From Shigella phage SFPB, in sequence record OQ031072: DNA of 64,000 bases; one strand, written 5' to 3'. Both the position numbers and the translations under genes were made by a program. Below are positions 52,426-60,822 of this stretch, piece by piece. The notes beneath the pieces are model-generated. The model was not told the origin of the DNA and made no database searches. It saw only the letters and a list, made by a program, of their open reading frames with translations. Position 1 is the first letter of the stretch; every line of letters begins with the position of its first letter.

Positions 52426-53538
52426 ATGACTACTAAGACTAAAGCACAAATCGACGCAGAAATCTATGCACTGGTTAAAGAAGGTAAACTGACCAAAACT
52501 GCAATCGCTCTGAAGTATAACACTTCAACCCGTTCGGTAGGTCGTGCTGTAGAGCGTCATGAAGCAACGCTGCTGTCAGGGAAAACCAAAGCAAAACCTG
52601 CAAAGACTCTGAAAGATATTGCTAAGAAAGCTAAAGCAACCAAGAAAGTATCTAAGCAGAAAACTGTTGCAAAAGCTGTTAAAGAAGCAGTCAAAACAGA
52701 ACCTGTGAATGCTCTGCATGAAGCAATGCAGAATAACAGCCAGATTGAATACATGATTACTGGTGATTCTGTTATCATGACTTTCGGTGCAGAGTCTGAG
52801 ATTGTTGAGTCAACTCATCCTAACTACACTGATATTGTAATGGCTGTTGTTTCAGGTGAGTACAAGAAAGCTTTTGAACTGATGAACATTCACAAGTCTA
52901 TTGAGAACTTCACTCAAGGTGCTGTAACCATCAAAGGTGACAACCTGTATTACGGTGCTGTTCAGATGCGCTCAACTCTGGTAGACCGTATTCTGGATAT
53001 GATGAAGAAAGGTGATAATGGTTTTGTTCGACTGATTGCATTCTTCGAAAAACTTATGGAAAACCCATCAAAAGATTCTGTAGAACAACTTTGGGGCTTC
53101 GTATCACACCTTGATGTTGAAATTGATGAAGAAGGTTATATCATCGGCTGGAAGAAAGTCACAACCCGTGGTGGTAAACTGTTTGACTCTCGTACCTGCA
53201 AAGTTCCAAATGATTTGGGTAACATTGTAGAGATGCCACGTTGGATGGTTGATAATAACCGTCATGTAACCTGCTCTCAGGGTCTGCACGTTGGTGCTTG
53301 GGATTATGTAACTAGCTTCTCTGGTGACACTATCCTGAAAGTTCGTGTTCATCCTCGTGATGTTGTTTCAGTACCAACTGACTACAACGACATGAAAATG
53401 CGAGCTTCCCGTTATGAAGTTGCAGCGATTGTAAATAGTCGCCGTGAAGTCATCAAAGAGTGGGATGGTTCAGAAGCACTCCACGTAGTTGTAGGTACTG
53501 CTGGTGAACTGATTTCTCAGCGTAAACGTGAAGTCTAA
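52426..53538 (+). CDS. rIIB: rIIB-like protein (by position and size)
   Basis: 370-aa ORF directly downstream of rIIA-like gene; no motif recognised. Confidence 0.4.
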   Translation: MTTKTKAQIDAEIYALVKEGKLTKTAIALKYNTSTRSVGRAVERHEATLLSGKTKAKPAKTLKDIAKKAKATKKVSKQKTVAKAVKEAVKTEPVNALHEAMQNNSQIEYMITGDSVIMTFGAESEIVESTHPNYTDIVMAVVSGEYKKAFELMNIHKSIENFTQGAVTIKGDNLYYGAVQMRSTLVDRILDMMKKGDNGFVRLIAFFEKLMENPSKDSVEQLWGFVSHLDVEIDEEGYIIGWKKVTTRGGKLFDSRTCKVPNDLGNIVEMPRWMVDNNRHVTCSQGLHVGAWDYVTSFSGDTILKVRVHPRDVVSVPTDYNDMKMRASRYEVAAIVNSRREVIKEWDGSEALHVVVGTAGELISQRKREV

Positions 53539-53554
53539 TAAGTAAATTCCTAAA

Positions 53555-53580
53555 GGGGCTGCTTCGGCAGCCTTTTTTAT
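53555..53580 (+). terminator. rho-independent terminator
   Basis: GGCTGC ttcg GCAGCC then TTTTTT. Confidence 0.6.
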
Positions 53581-53608
53581 TTGAAAAATGTGCAGGTTAG
53601 TGTATAAT
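53581..53608 (+). promoter_or_regulatory. sigma70-like promoter TTGAAA-16-TATAAT
   Basis: -35 53581-53586, -10 53603-53608; spacer contains TGTGCAGGT, the iteron core. Confidence 0.5.
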
Positions 53609-53639
53609 TGTCTGCATGTTTAACAAAATAGGAGTGCAA

Positions 53640-54188
53640 ATGAAGAAATTTGTTTTAGGTTTGTGCTTATTCTTTACAGCACATTTAGCTACAGCGTCTG
53701 ACTGTCCAGAGCTTACAATCAGTCAGAAAGTTAATATGTTAAAAGCATATAACTATGGCGAAGGACAGATGGGAAAAGGTTGGGGAATCCCTTTAGCAGC
53801 TATAGCCTTACAAGAGTCACAATTAGGTGTCATGTTAGAAAATAAAAAGACTCATGATTATGGTGTTTTCCAAAATCACTTGAAGACTGTTGTAAAGCGT
53901 AACAAGGTATCTCCAAAGGTTGCTAAGAAGAAGCTAGTAAGTGACTTCCATTACTCAGCGAAAGAGGCTCATAAGGAGCTATTATTCTGGACTAAGGTTC
54001 ATGGTAACCCAGATGGAAAGTACTCTATGAAGCGTGTCCTAGCTTCTTATAATGCTGGTTACAAATACAAGATTCCAAAGGCTAGACAATACTCTCAAGA
54101 TGTGTACAATAACATGAAACTGCTGGCTCAATGTGAGTTTGCAACAAACATTAAAAAGGTAAAATATGAGCGAATCAAAACAATTTGA
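53640..54188 (+). CDS. secreted lytic transglycosylase-like (SLT domain) protein; candidate endolysin; start trimmed
   Basis: Signal peptide MKKFVLGLCLFFTAHLATA; SLT-like core AIALQESQLG...DYGVFQN. Confidence 0.55.
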   Translation: MKKFVLGLCLFFTAHLATASDCPELTISQKVNMLKAYNYGEGQMGKGWGIPLAAIALQESQLGVMLENKKTHDYGVFQNHLKTVVKRNKVSPKVAKKKLVSDFHYSAKEAHKELLFWTKVHGNPDGKYSMKRVLASYNAGYKYKIPKARQYSQDVYNNMKLLAQCEFATNIKKVKYERIKTI

Positions 54189-54861
54189 CATGGTTCTGTG
54201 TCATGCTTATGATATCAAGCCACTTGATTTAGATATCAGTTCTGCAAGTTGGTCAGATATTGCTAAAGCTGACTTTGCAGATACAGCAAGAAATGTTGTG
54301 TGTAGCTTTGAAGACTTCCACTCAACAAAGACACAGATTCCTTGTCAGGATTTGCTAACAGGTAAAACTGTATATGTTGGTCGTAACAGCCTTATCTTGG
54401 TTGCAAAGAACTTGGAAGAAAAACGTAAAATGGTCTTAGCAGACATTGATGGTGTTCTTACAAGTTTTGACAAGAAACTTAATGCAACTCTGTTAGATGA
54501 TGGTACTTACTCACAGTATACTAACTTGGTAGACTCTCGCAGAGCTAAACCAACATATGTTTTTAACATCCTGTGTGGTATATCAAGAAATGCTGATATA
54601 GGATTCTTAACTGCTCGTGGAGAATCACAAAGAGTTGTCACACATCTTTTCCTGAATGAGAATGTAGACAGTGATTTCCTACTGTTTATGCGTGGATTTG
54701 GTGACAATGAGATTAGTGCAGAAAGTTTGAAAGTTCGTATGCTTCAGTCTTGCATTCTACCTTACTATGATGTAGTATGCTTTATAGAAGATACGGTGAA
54801 GAACGTGGCAAAGGTTGAAAGAATCTTACCACACATCAAAACAATGCTTGTTAAAAACTGA
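54166..54861 (+). CDS. HAD-superfamily phosphatase-like protein
   Basis: Motif I-like ADIDGVLT; later LTARG and FIEDT. Confidence 0.4.
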   Translation: MSESKQFDMVLCHAYDIKPLDLDISSASWSDIAKADFADTARNVVCSFEDFHSTKTQIPCQDLLTGKTVYVGRNSLILVAKNLEEKRKMVLADIDGVLTSFDKKLNATLLDDGTYSQYTNLVDSRRAKPTYVFNILCGISRNADIGFLTARGESQRVVTHLFLNENVDSDFLLFMRGFGDNEISAESLKVRMLQSCILPYYDVVCFIEDTVKNVAKVERILPHIKTMLVKN

Positions 54862-54872
54862 GAGAGTAAACC

Positions 54873-55337
54873 ATGCAAAACATTATTACAGTAGCTATCG
54901 ATGCTTCCGGTAACAAATCACAGGTAGTTCGTGAGATTATCAAAAGTAATTTCGATGGTAAAATCTTTCGTGCAGTAAACGTGAAAGCTGATGGTAACAT
55001 TCGTGAGTATCGTGCAATGTTGAATGTTACAAAACACGTTAAGGGTGTTGGTTCAACTACTGCTCATAAAGAAAATCTGATGACTATCTATGATATGGGT
55101 ATGGCTTCAGAGTTAGGTGCAAAAGGGATTGTACAATCTGGTGCTCCTTACCGTTCTTTCAATCTGGAAACTGCTCTTATGCTTTCCTTTACAAGTGGTT
55201 CTCAAACTACCACTTACCTCTTCACAGATACTGCAACGGTTTCTGCGATTAAGGACAATACCATTAAGGCTGGTGTAGCTGCTGCTTCAAAAGCCTCAAC
55301 AATGGCAGCAAATGTCCTTGCGAAAGTTCTTGGTTAA
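54873..55337 (+). CDS. hypothetical protein
   Basis: 154-aa ORF with SD. Confidence 0.45.
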   Translation: MQNIITVAIDASGNKSQVVREIIKSNFDGKIFRAVNVKADGNIREYRAMLNVTKHVKGVGSTTAHKENLMTIYDMGMASELGAKGIVQSGAPYRSFNLETALMLSFTSGSQTTTYLFTDTATVSAIKDNTIKAGVAAASKASTMAANVLAKVLG

Positions 55338-55348
55338 AGTTATTATAG

Positions 55349-55372
55349 AGGCTCCTTCGGGAGCCTTTTTCA
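55349..55372 (+). terminator. rho-independent terminator
   Basis: AGGCTCC ttcg GGAGCCT then TTTTT. Confidence 0.6.
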
Positions 55373-55389
55373 TTTCTAGGAGAAGTTAA

Positions 55390-55737
55390 ATGACGTTTAA
55401 AGAATTTTGTCAAGCAGCTTTTGTAATCATTTTCTTAACAGGTGTTGGTGCTTGGGGAGGTTACACTTACAAGACCAGCCAAGTTAATGAAAAGGAGCTA
55501 ACTAACCAGAGACTTGTAAGCGTTGCTAAAGATGCTTATCAAGAAGGTTTATCAAATCTTAGCTCCAATTACAAAAATGATTTGAAAGATGTGCTTGCTA
55601 AAAACAAACACACCAAAGAGGTATTGAACTATGAAAAAACTAAGACAGTCTTTATTAATGATTGTGCTACTGAGCCTTATGTCAGGGTGTTCAACGAACA
55701 AAGTGAGCAGTACCTTCAAAAACTCCCAAGTAAGTGA
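55390..55737 (+). CDS. inner-membrane spanin (Rz-like)
   Basis: N-terminal TM AAFVIIFLTGVGAWGG then coiled-coil periplasmic domain; contains overlapping lipoprotein gene. Confidence 0.5.
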   Translation: MTFKEFCQAAFVIIFLTGVGAWGGYTYKTSQVNEKELTNQRLVSVAKDAYQEGLSNLSSNYKNDLKDVLAKNKHTKEVLNYEKTKTVFINDCATEPYVRVFNEQSEQYLQKLPSK

Positions 55738-55897
55738 GAGTGACAAGTATACTCAAGAAGAAGCACGTTATGAGGTTAAAGGCACTAAAGGTGAAGACCT
55801 TGCAAGTGCTCTTGAGTTTTATCGTGATGGTTACTATGAATGTACTATTAAGGCAAACAATTTAATTGATATGATTTTGTTAGGGAATAAGCAGTAA
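55631..55897 (+). CDS. outer-membrane lipoprotein spanin (Rz1-like), overlapping the Rz-like gene in another frame
   Basis: Signal peptide with lipobox-like LMSGC; 88 aa; start lies inside 55390..55737. Confidence 0.5.
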   Translation: MKKLRQSLLMIVLLSLMSGCSTNKVSSTFKNSQVSESDKYTQEEARYEVKGTKGEDLASALEFYRDGYYECTIKANNLIDMILLGNKQ

Positions 55898-56166
55898 TGA
55901 CAGAGAAGAATGAAACATTTTTTGTGGAAGGTTATCTTCTGTTACCAAGACCAAGTAACACTTACATGAGATTTGACATTATGCCAACGGTTATGGATTA
56001 TGTAACTTGTCACATCTTTATGCAGGGTGTTTCTGCACAACTTAAACATGTTGGAAGAGATTGCAAAATACGTGTTGACAACCATCCTGAAATCAACGAG
56101 AATCACTACACATGGTTCGGGGAAGATTCTAAAGAAATCTATGCAGTCCTTAAAACAAGGAAGTGA
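55897..56166 (+). CDS. hypothetical protein
   Basis: TAATG-coupled, 89 aa. Confidence 0.4.
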   Translation: MTEKNETFFVEGYLLLPRPSNTYMRFDIMPTVMDYVTCHIFMQGVSAQLKHVGRDCKIRVDNHPEINENHYTWFGEDSKEIYAVLKTRK

Positions 56167-56175
56167 GGGTTAGTG

Positions 56176-56502
56176 ATGCAACTAGATGGTAAGAATTATG
56201 TAGCCGTCTTCTCAGACGGTGAAAAGGAAATTGGTACAGCACAAGTCTGTCACAGTGGTAAAGAGTTTCTCTATGGGGTTGTTGCATTCATTGGTACTCG
56301 TGGTGATATGAAATCTTTTAAAGATTGTGTTGACAAGCTTGAAGAATCCATAGAGAATCATTGGTGTCTGATATGGCTTAATGCAGAGAATGTTAAAGAA
56401 CGCTATGCAAAAGTTGGTATCCATATTGAAAGCATCGAACATGTTGACCTGTTTGAACTAACTGAAAAGGTGATGTATGAAAGCAATTCTGGTAAGAAGT
56501 AA
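56176..56502 (+). CDS. hypothetical protein; start trimmed
   Basis: 108-aa ORF. Confidence 0.4.
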   Translation: MQLDGKNYVAVFSDGEKEIGTAQVCHSGKEFLYGVVAFIGTRGDMKSFKDCVDKLEESIENHWCLIWLNAENVKERYAKVGIHIESIEHVDLFELTEKVMYESNSGKK

Positions 56503-56737
56503 AGTTACACGTCAAGTGTTAGCAGGGGCTATATTTGTTGGACGGGATGAGGTGATGCCATTTGGTTCACGAATCTATAAAGGTTCTGTACTATCACATA
56601 GCCACTTTAAGGCTGGTGATTTTTGTCACTATATTAACAGGGGCTATCTAAGAGAGGAACTCGGATATTGGAAGACCCGCATTAAGGAAAGATACGGTGA
56701 CAGAGTATTCTTACAAGAGGTAATCTCAAATGGCTGA
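56477..56737 (+). CDS. hypothetical protein
   Basis: 86-aa ORF. Confidence 0.4.
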   Translation: MKAILVRSKVTRQVLAGAIFVGRDEVMPFGSRIYKGSVLSHSHFKAGDFCHYINRGYLREELGYWKTRIKERYGDRVFLQEVISNG

Positions 56738-56930
56738 TTTCTGCACTAAGTGTTCTGTTGAGATGTTTGGAAAAGACACAGGGGACTTAAAAGGCCTCTT
56801 TACAAAAGCAGAGTTTGAAGCTGGTTCAGCAATGCCAGTAATCTGTGAAGGTTGTGGTGCTTTATGGGTAGACCATGAAGGTAACCGAGTTAAACCATCT
56901 GAAGATAACGAACGTTGGGAGCATTACTAA
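56730..56930 (+). CDS. small zinc-ribbon protein
   Basis: CTKCS...CEGCG pair. Confidence 0.4.
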   Translation: MADFCTKCSVEMFGKDTGDLKGLFTKAEFEAGSAMPVICEGCGALWVDHEGNRVKPSEDNERWEHY

Positions 56931-56931
56931 T

Positions 56932-57726
56932 ATGGGTATCGTAAAAATTATTAAAGGTGATATCTTTAAAGACTTTGATGGTAAGAAATTTGATATCATT
57001 GGTCACGGTTGCAACTGCATGAACTTGATGGGTGCAGGTATCGCAGCAACAATTGCCAAACGTTACCCAAAAGCTTATGAAACTGATGCTGAAGTTTATG
57101 CTACAGTAGGTGGTGAAAATCATAACCCTAAGCATCTAATGCTTGGTAACATCTCTGTAGCACGTTTTAAGCAGGGTCGAATTGCTAACCTTTACACTCA
57201 GGTTATCACTGGCAAAGATGCACGATACAACGCCTTAGAAGCAGCTTTACAGCGTCTTAACAACTACTGTAAAGTTAATCAACTTAAGAAAGTTGGACTT
57301 CCTATGATTGGTGCAGGGATTGGTGGTCTTGACAGCATGGCTGTGCTGTCTATCATCAATCAGACCATGAAAGATGTTGACGTTTATATGTATGTCTATG
57401 AAGATAAGATGTACAGTCAGTTGACTAGTCCGGTTACTGGTTGGGAAAACTTTAGTGAACCTCAATACTTTGATGGTGTTGCCGTGGTAGGCAAGGATAA
57501 AGTTACTCTCAAGGTGAAGCGTAATGGTAAGGTACACACCAGTTACCCTCCGGTTGATAAGTACAATCGAAGTAACGCTCAAGTTACCCACCCGTTACAA
57601 GGCCATTGTCACAGAGCCGTAACATTTGGTGATGATGCAAGTGTGTATATCGGTGCTGCTACAGAAGAGTTTGCAGAGGATTATATCACACATGAGAATG
57701 TTAACTATGTTGAAGCACGTAACTAA
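56932..57726 (+). CDS. macro-domain (ADP-ribose binding/processing) protein with C-terminal extension; start trimmed
   Basis: GDIF...FDIIGHGCNCMNLMGAGIAATIAK resembles the macro NAAN...GGGVAGAI signature; second Gly-rich loop LPMIGAGIGGLD. Confidence 0.5.
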   Translation: MGIVKIIKGDIFKDFDGKKFDIIGHGCNCMNLMGAGIAATIAKRYPKAYETDAEVYATVGGENHNPKHLMLGNISVARFKQGRIANLYTQVITGKDARYNALEAALQRLNNYCKVNQLKKVGLPMIGAGIGGLDSMAVLSIINQTMKDVDVYMYVYEDKMYSQLTSPVTGWENFSEPQYFDGVAVVGKDKVTLKVKRNGKVHTSYPPVDKYNRSNAQVTHPLQGHCHRAVTFGDDASVYIGAATEEFAEDYITHENVNYVEARN

Positions 57727-57751
57727 TAAGTTACCTAAATAGACATAGACA

Positions 57752-57799
57752 AGCCCTCCAAAGTTTGAGTTTAAAATCTCAGGTAAGGAGGGCTTTTTC
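57752..57799 (+). terminator. terminator-like hairpin (8-bp stem AGCCCTCC/GGAGGGCT, large loop) with U-tract
   Basis: stem arms 57752-57759 and 57787-57794, TTTTT 57795-57799. Confidence 0.45.
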
Positions 57800-57979
57800 A
57801 TTTCAAATTTGTGCAGGTGCAATTGCATAGAACTCTGGACAGATTTCTTTAGCTGAACTCCAAAGGGAAAATTCATTTTCAATTTGTGCAGGTCTAGACT
57901 CCAAAGAGCTTTTTCATTTTCAATCTGTGCAGATGCAGTTGGACTCCAAAGGGAAAATTCATTTTCAATTTGTGCAGGT
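57795..57979 (+). repeat. tandem direct repeats (iterons), 3 full copies plus 1 partial, unit ~40-45 bp, core TTCATTTTCAAT(T/C)TGTGCAG(G/A)T
   Basis: Copies at 57855-57893, 57896-57934, 57941-57979 (first and third near-identical), partial at 57795-57818. Confidence 0.8.
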
Positions 57980-58152
57980 AGGTAGCTATAGGAAGCCAGC
58001 CCCACCATCCCCTCTTACTCCCCTTCCTCCCAAAAGTCAAGAGAAAAATTTGTAGAGAACTAAAAAATAATTCTTGACTAGTTTTCTGTTTTCTGTTAGT
58101 TGCGTACACGCGTTTCATTCACAACATGCCAAAAATATTTTTAAAAATTTTG

Positions 58153-58238
58153 TTGACTCTATGAATCCAGTTTTGTAGTATTTGCATCAACGGGGCAAGA
58201 TAAAGCCCCAACAATCCTAAACTGGAGAATCTAGAATG
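58153..58238 (+). promoter_or_regulatory. early-promoter cassette, variant B: TTGACT-17-TAGTAT, 5'UTR hairpin GGGGC-N8-GCCCC, CCTAAACTGGAGA RBS
   Basis: -35 58153-58158, -10 58176-58181, hairpin 58191-58208, ATG 58236. Confidence 0.6.
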
Positions 58239-58442
58239 TTATATCAACGGGAATTAATGATTGTAGACAATAACAAAACTAAAAAACGTCGCTTCTTTAT
58301 GTTAATCTGTGACGTGTGGCAAAGAATATCTGAAAAGGATTATGACAAGTATGTTGATACATCAATCAGGTCGGATTGTTATTTGACAAATCACACAAGA
58401 CAGTTTACAAGACATACAGCAGTTTACTACTATGACGTTTAA
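58236..58442 (+). CDS. hypothetical small protein
   Basis: 68 aa; canonical cassette spacing. Confidence 0.5.
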   Translation: MLYQRELMIVDNNKTKKRRFFMLICDVWQRISEKDYDKYVDTSIRSDCYLTNHTRQFTRHTAVYYYDV

Positions 58443-58453
58443 AGGGCTTGACA

Positions 58454-58615
58454 ATGATTAAAGAAGGCAATGTAATAAGCTACAAAGATTTAGACGGATA
58501 CCCAAAAATTGGGAAAGTTTTCTACCTTTACAAGTCAGTGATGGATAATGACTGCATAGCCCTAACAAATGGCGACAAGATAACCATGAAAGATTTTATA
58601 AAAATTATTTCATAA
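58454..58615 (+). CDS. hypothetical small protein (53 aa), not in ORF track
   Basis: SD AAAGGG 8 nt upstream; stop abuts next cassette. Confidence 0.35.
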   Translation: MIKEGNVISYKDLDGYPKIGKVFYLYKSVMDNDCIALTNGDKITMKDFIKIIS

Positions 58616-58707
58616 AGTGCTTTACATGGGGTTTAAAAAGGTAGTATCTTAAGCCCCAGATAAAGAGCTTTACCACTAAACAATCCTAAACTGGAGATTC
58701 TAAAATG
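58616..58707 (+). promoter_or_regulatory. early-promoter cassette, variant A: AAGTGCTTTACA(-35) ... TAGTAT, hairpin GGGGTTTAA-N12-TTAAGCCCC, CCTAAACTGGAGA RBS
   Basis: repeat family member; ATG 58705. Confidence 0.6.
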
Positions 58708-59088
58708 AAAAAATATTATATGCCAAAATTCATCAAGAAAGAAAACTTTCGTGATGCTCTGGAAAAATACATGAATGAGCAGTTCAAAGGTAAATTAATT
58801 GTTGTCCACGCATACAATTTTAAGTATGATGTAAATGGAAACAAGACAAATCACTATACCGCTACGATGCTGGATGGTACACTCTCAGGTGAAAAAGCCA
58901 TTATCAATGCACTGGCTGGACGTGGTAAAACGTTGATACGTTGTGATAAACGCCGATATCAGGGCAGTTCTTATGGTTATGAGGATGCAGTCTATCACCT
59001 TGATAACATGGGTTACAATGTCGAAAAAGCTGGCGTGTCTCAAATGATTGGTAGTGATGGATATGTGACAATTTTTAAAATTAACTAA
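58705..59088 (+). CDS. hypothetical protein
   Basis: 127 aa, cassette-driven. Confidence 0.5.
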   Translation: MKKYYMPKFIKKENFRDALEKYMNEQFKGKLIVVHAYNFKYDVNGNKTNHYTATMLDGTLSGEKAIINALAGRGKTLIRCDKRRYQGSSYGYEDAVYHLDNMGYNVEKAGVSQMIGSDGYVTIFKIN

Positions 59089-59090
59089 TA

Positions 59091-59178
59091 AAGTGCTTTA
59101 CATGGGGTTTATAGTTCAATAAGATAAGCCCCAGATAAAGAACTTTATTACTAACCTAAACTGGAGATTCAAAAAATG
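59091..59178 (+). promoter_or_regulatory. early-promoter cassette, variant A
   Basis: AAGTGCTTTACA-17-TAAGAT, hairpin, CCTAAACTGGAGA; ATG 59176. Confidence 0.6.
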
Positions 59179-59433
59179 GCTACCATTAAAAACATCGTAA
59201 TTACTGCAAAATCCCGTGATGATGCTCGTGCAACTGCTAAAAAATTAAATGGTAAAGTGGTTGACAACGGAAAAGATTCTACTGTAAGATGGGGCGTAAA
59301 GACAGACAAAAAATTAACTCTTAAACATAGCTCTTACAATATGTTTAAAGGTGTAAAAACTATCGGTAACACTAACGTGTTTACAAAACAGGGTTACAAA
59401 ATGCACTTAGCATTAATTGGCAATTTAATCTAA
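59176..59433 (+). CDS. hypothetical small basic protein
   Basis: 85 aa. Confidence 0.5.
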   Translation: MATIKNIVITAKSRDDARATAKKLNGKVVDNGKDSTVRWGVKTDKKLTLKHSSYNMFKGVKTIGNTNVFTKQGYKMHLALIGNLI

Positions 59434-59522
59434 AAGTACTTTACATGGGGTTTATAAGTCGATAGTATAAGCCCCAGATAAAGAGCTTTACCAACAATCC
59501 TAAACTGGAGATTCAAAAAATG
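59434..59522 (+). promoter_or_regulatory. early-promoter cassette, variant A
   Basis: AAGTACTTTACA-17-TAGTAT, hairpin GGGGTTTATA/TATAAGCCCC, RBS; ATG 59520. Confidence 0.6.
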
Positions 59523-60032
59523 AAATCAGTCGAAAGCACCTTTGAAGTTCAAAAAGAAAAATTTACTATCATCTTTGAAGCAATGAATGTTTATGAGCCT
59601 TCCCATTGTGTGGATAACTGGCAATTCACTGATGAGCATAAAGGAGGAGTTACAATCAAAGTTAAAAACTCAGAACGTAACGGCTACAAATATGCAATTC
59701 CTATGCACTATGCGCTTTCACAGCTTGCCAGTGATTACGCAAAACAGGGAAGGGATAACCCATCATTAGCCGCTTACAAGAGCTTACAAGATGAACTAGA
59801 AAGGGATTTAGGGGCTAATAGCTACATTCTATACGCCTCAGTAGTTGACGCTGAAGGCAACACGGTTTTAAATAGTTTTTCCCTTGCGTATGGTTTTGAT
59901 TGGTGCTATCTTGACGGGGAAGATTTAGATTCACGCTTAAAAGAGGAAGTAAGCAATTCAGGTGCTGAAGAGGAAGTTTTAGAGCGCTTGGAAGATTTAA
60001 AAGATAGTGTGATGAATATCTTTAATATCTAA
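59520..60032 (+). CDS. hypothetical protein
   Basis: 170 aa. Confidence 0.5.
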   Translation: MKSVESTFEVQKEKFTIIFEAMNVYEPSHCVDNWQFTDEHKGGVTIKVKNSERNGYKYAIPMHYALSQLASDYAKQGRDNPSLAAYKSLQDELERDLGANSYILYASVVDAEGNTVLNSFSLAYGFDWCYLDGEDLDSRLKEEVSNSGAEEEVLERLEDLKDSVMNIFNI

Positions 60033-60120
60033 AAGTACTTTACATGGGGGTTATCAAGTTGCTAAGATAGCCCCAGATAAAGAGCTTTACCAACAATCCT
60101 AAACTGGAGAATCTAAAATG
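60033..60120 (+). promoter_or_regulatory. early-promoter cassette, variant A
   Basis: AAGTACTTTACA-18-TAAGAT, hairpin, RBS; ATG 60118. Confidence 0.6.
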
Positions 60121-60408
60121 AAAATTCCTGCTAATGTACGCTCAAAGTTAAGCCAATTACTACAAAACATTTCTTTTGTAGAATCTCATAGACGTTCACA
60201 GGATGTTATAGAGTGGTATCATGGGAAGATTAACAAGAAAGAAGTTTTAATCTGTATTTGGAACTTTCAAAAAGAACATGGCAAGCCATTGCTTCAGGTT
60301 GACATTTATGATAATACTAGCAAATCAGCAGTAAAATCAAAAGCTGATATGATTGATTCATATGAAATTAGTCACACTGGTAGATTATCACACGTTGGGA
60401 AGGTTTAA
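60118..60408 (+). CDS. hypothetical protein
   Basis: 96 aa. Confidence 0.5.
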   Translation: MKIPANVRSKLSQLLQNISFVESHRRSQDVIEWYHGKINKKEVLICIWNFQKEHGKPLLQVDIYDNTSKSAVKSKADMIDSYEISHTGRLSHVGKV

Positions 60409-60409
60409 A

Positions 60410-60736
60410 ATGTTACTTTCTGGTATCGCAATTCTGATTTCAATTGTGGCGCTATGTAAAGCTTATCAAGCCTCAGCATATGCAGATAAGGCCATCACAA
60501 GGAAAGTTAAAATAAACCTTGTAAGTAGCTTCTTAGAGCGTTTAAGCGTGGAACAATTACAACGTTTAGAGATGGGCTTCAGGTTTAAGGCAGACACTTA
60601 TCAAATCAGTGATGTTTTATCCGGTAACTTTGAGCTTGTTAATGATTACAATACGTTACTAAATGCTATTCAAGCTACTGATTTAAAAGAATATTATCCG
60701 GCTATTGCACAAGAAATTAATAAACGCAAAAAATAG
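60410..60736 (+). CDS. small membrane protein; start trimmed
   Basis: N-terminal TM LLSGIAILISIVALC; in frame with track ORF 60353..60736. Confidence 0.45.
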   Translation: MLLSGIAILISIVALCKAYQASAYADKAITRKVKINLVSSFLERLSVEQLQRLEMGFRFKADTYQISDVLSGNFELVNDYNTLLNAIQATDLKEYYPAIAQEINKRKK

Positions 60737-60737
60737 C

Positions 60738-60822
60738 TTGCAAAGGCAAATCAAAACAAGTAAAGTACTCATCAACGGGGCAAGCAAGCCCCCAACAATC
60801 CTAAACTGGAGAATCTAAGATG
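60738..60822 (+). promoter_or_regulatory. early-promoter cassette, variant B (TTGCAA-17-TAAAGT, hairpin GGGGCAAGCAAGCCCCC, RBS)
   Basis: -35 60738-60743, -10 60761-60766; ATG 60820. Confidence 0.6.

Noticed and set aside
57595-58118. Minus-strand ORFs 57595-58008 and 57894-58118 from the ORF track
   Set aside because: They run through the terminator, iterons and polypyrimidine tract, have no RBS, and their repetitive low-complexity translation is a repeat artefact.
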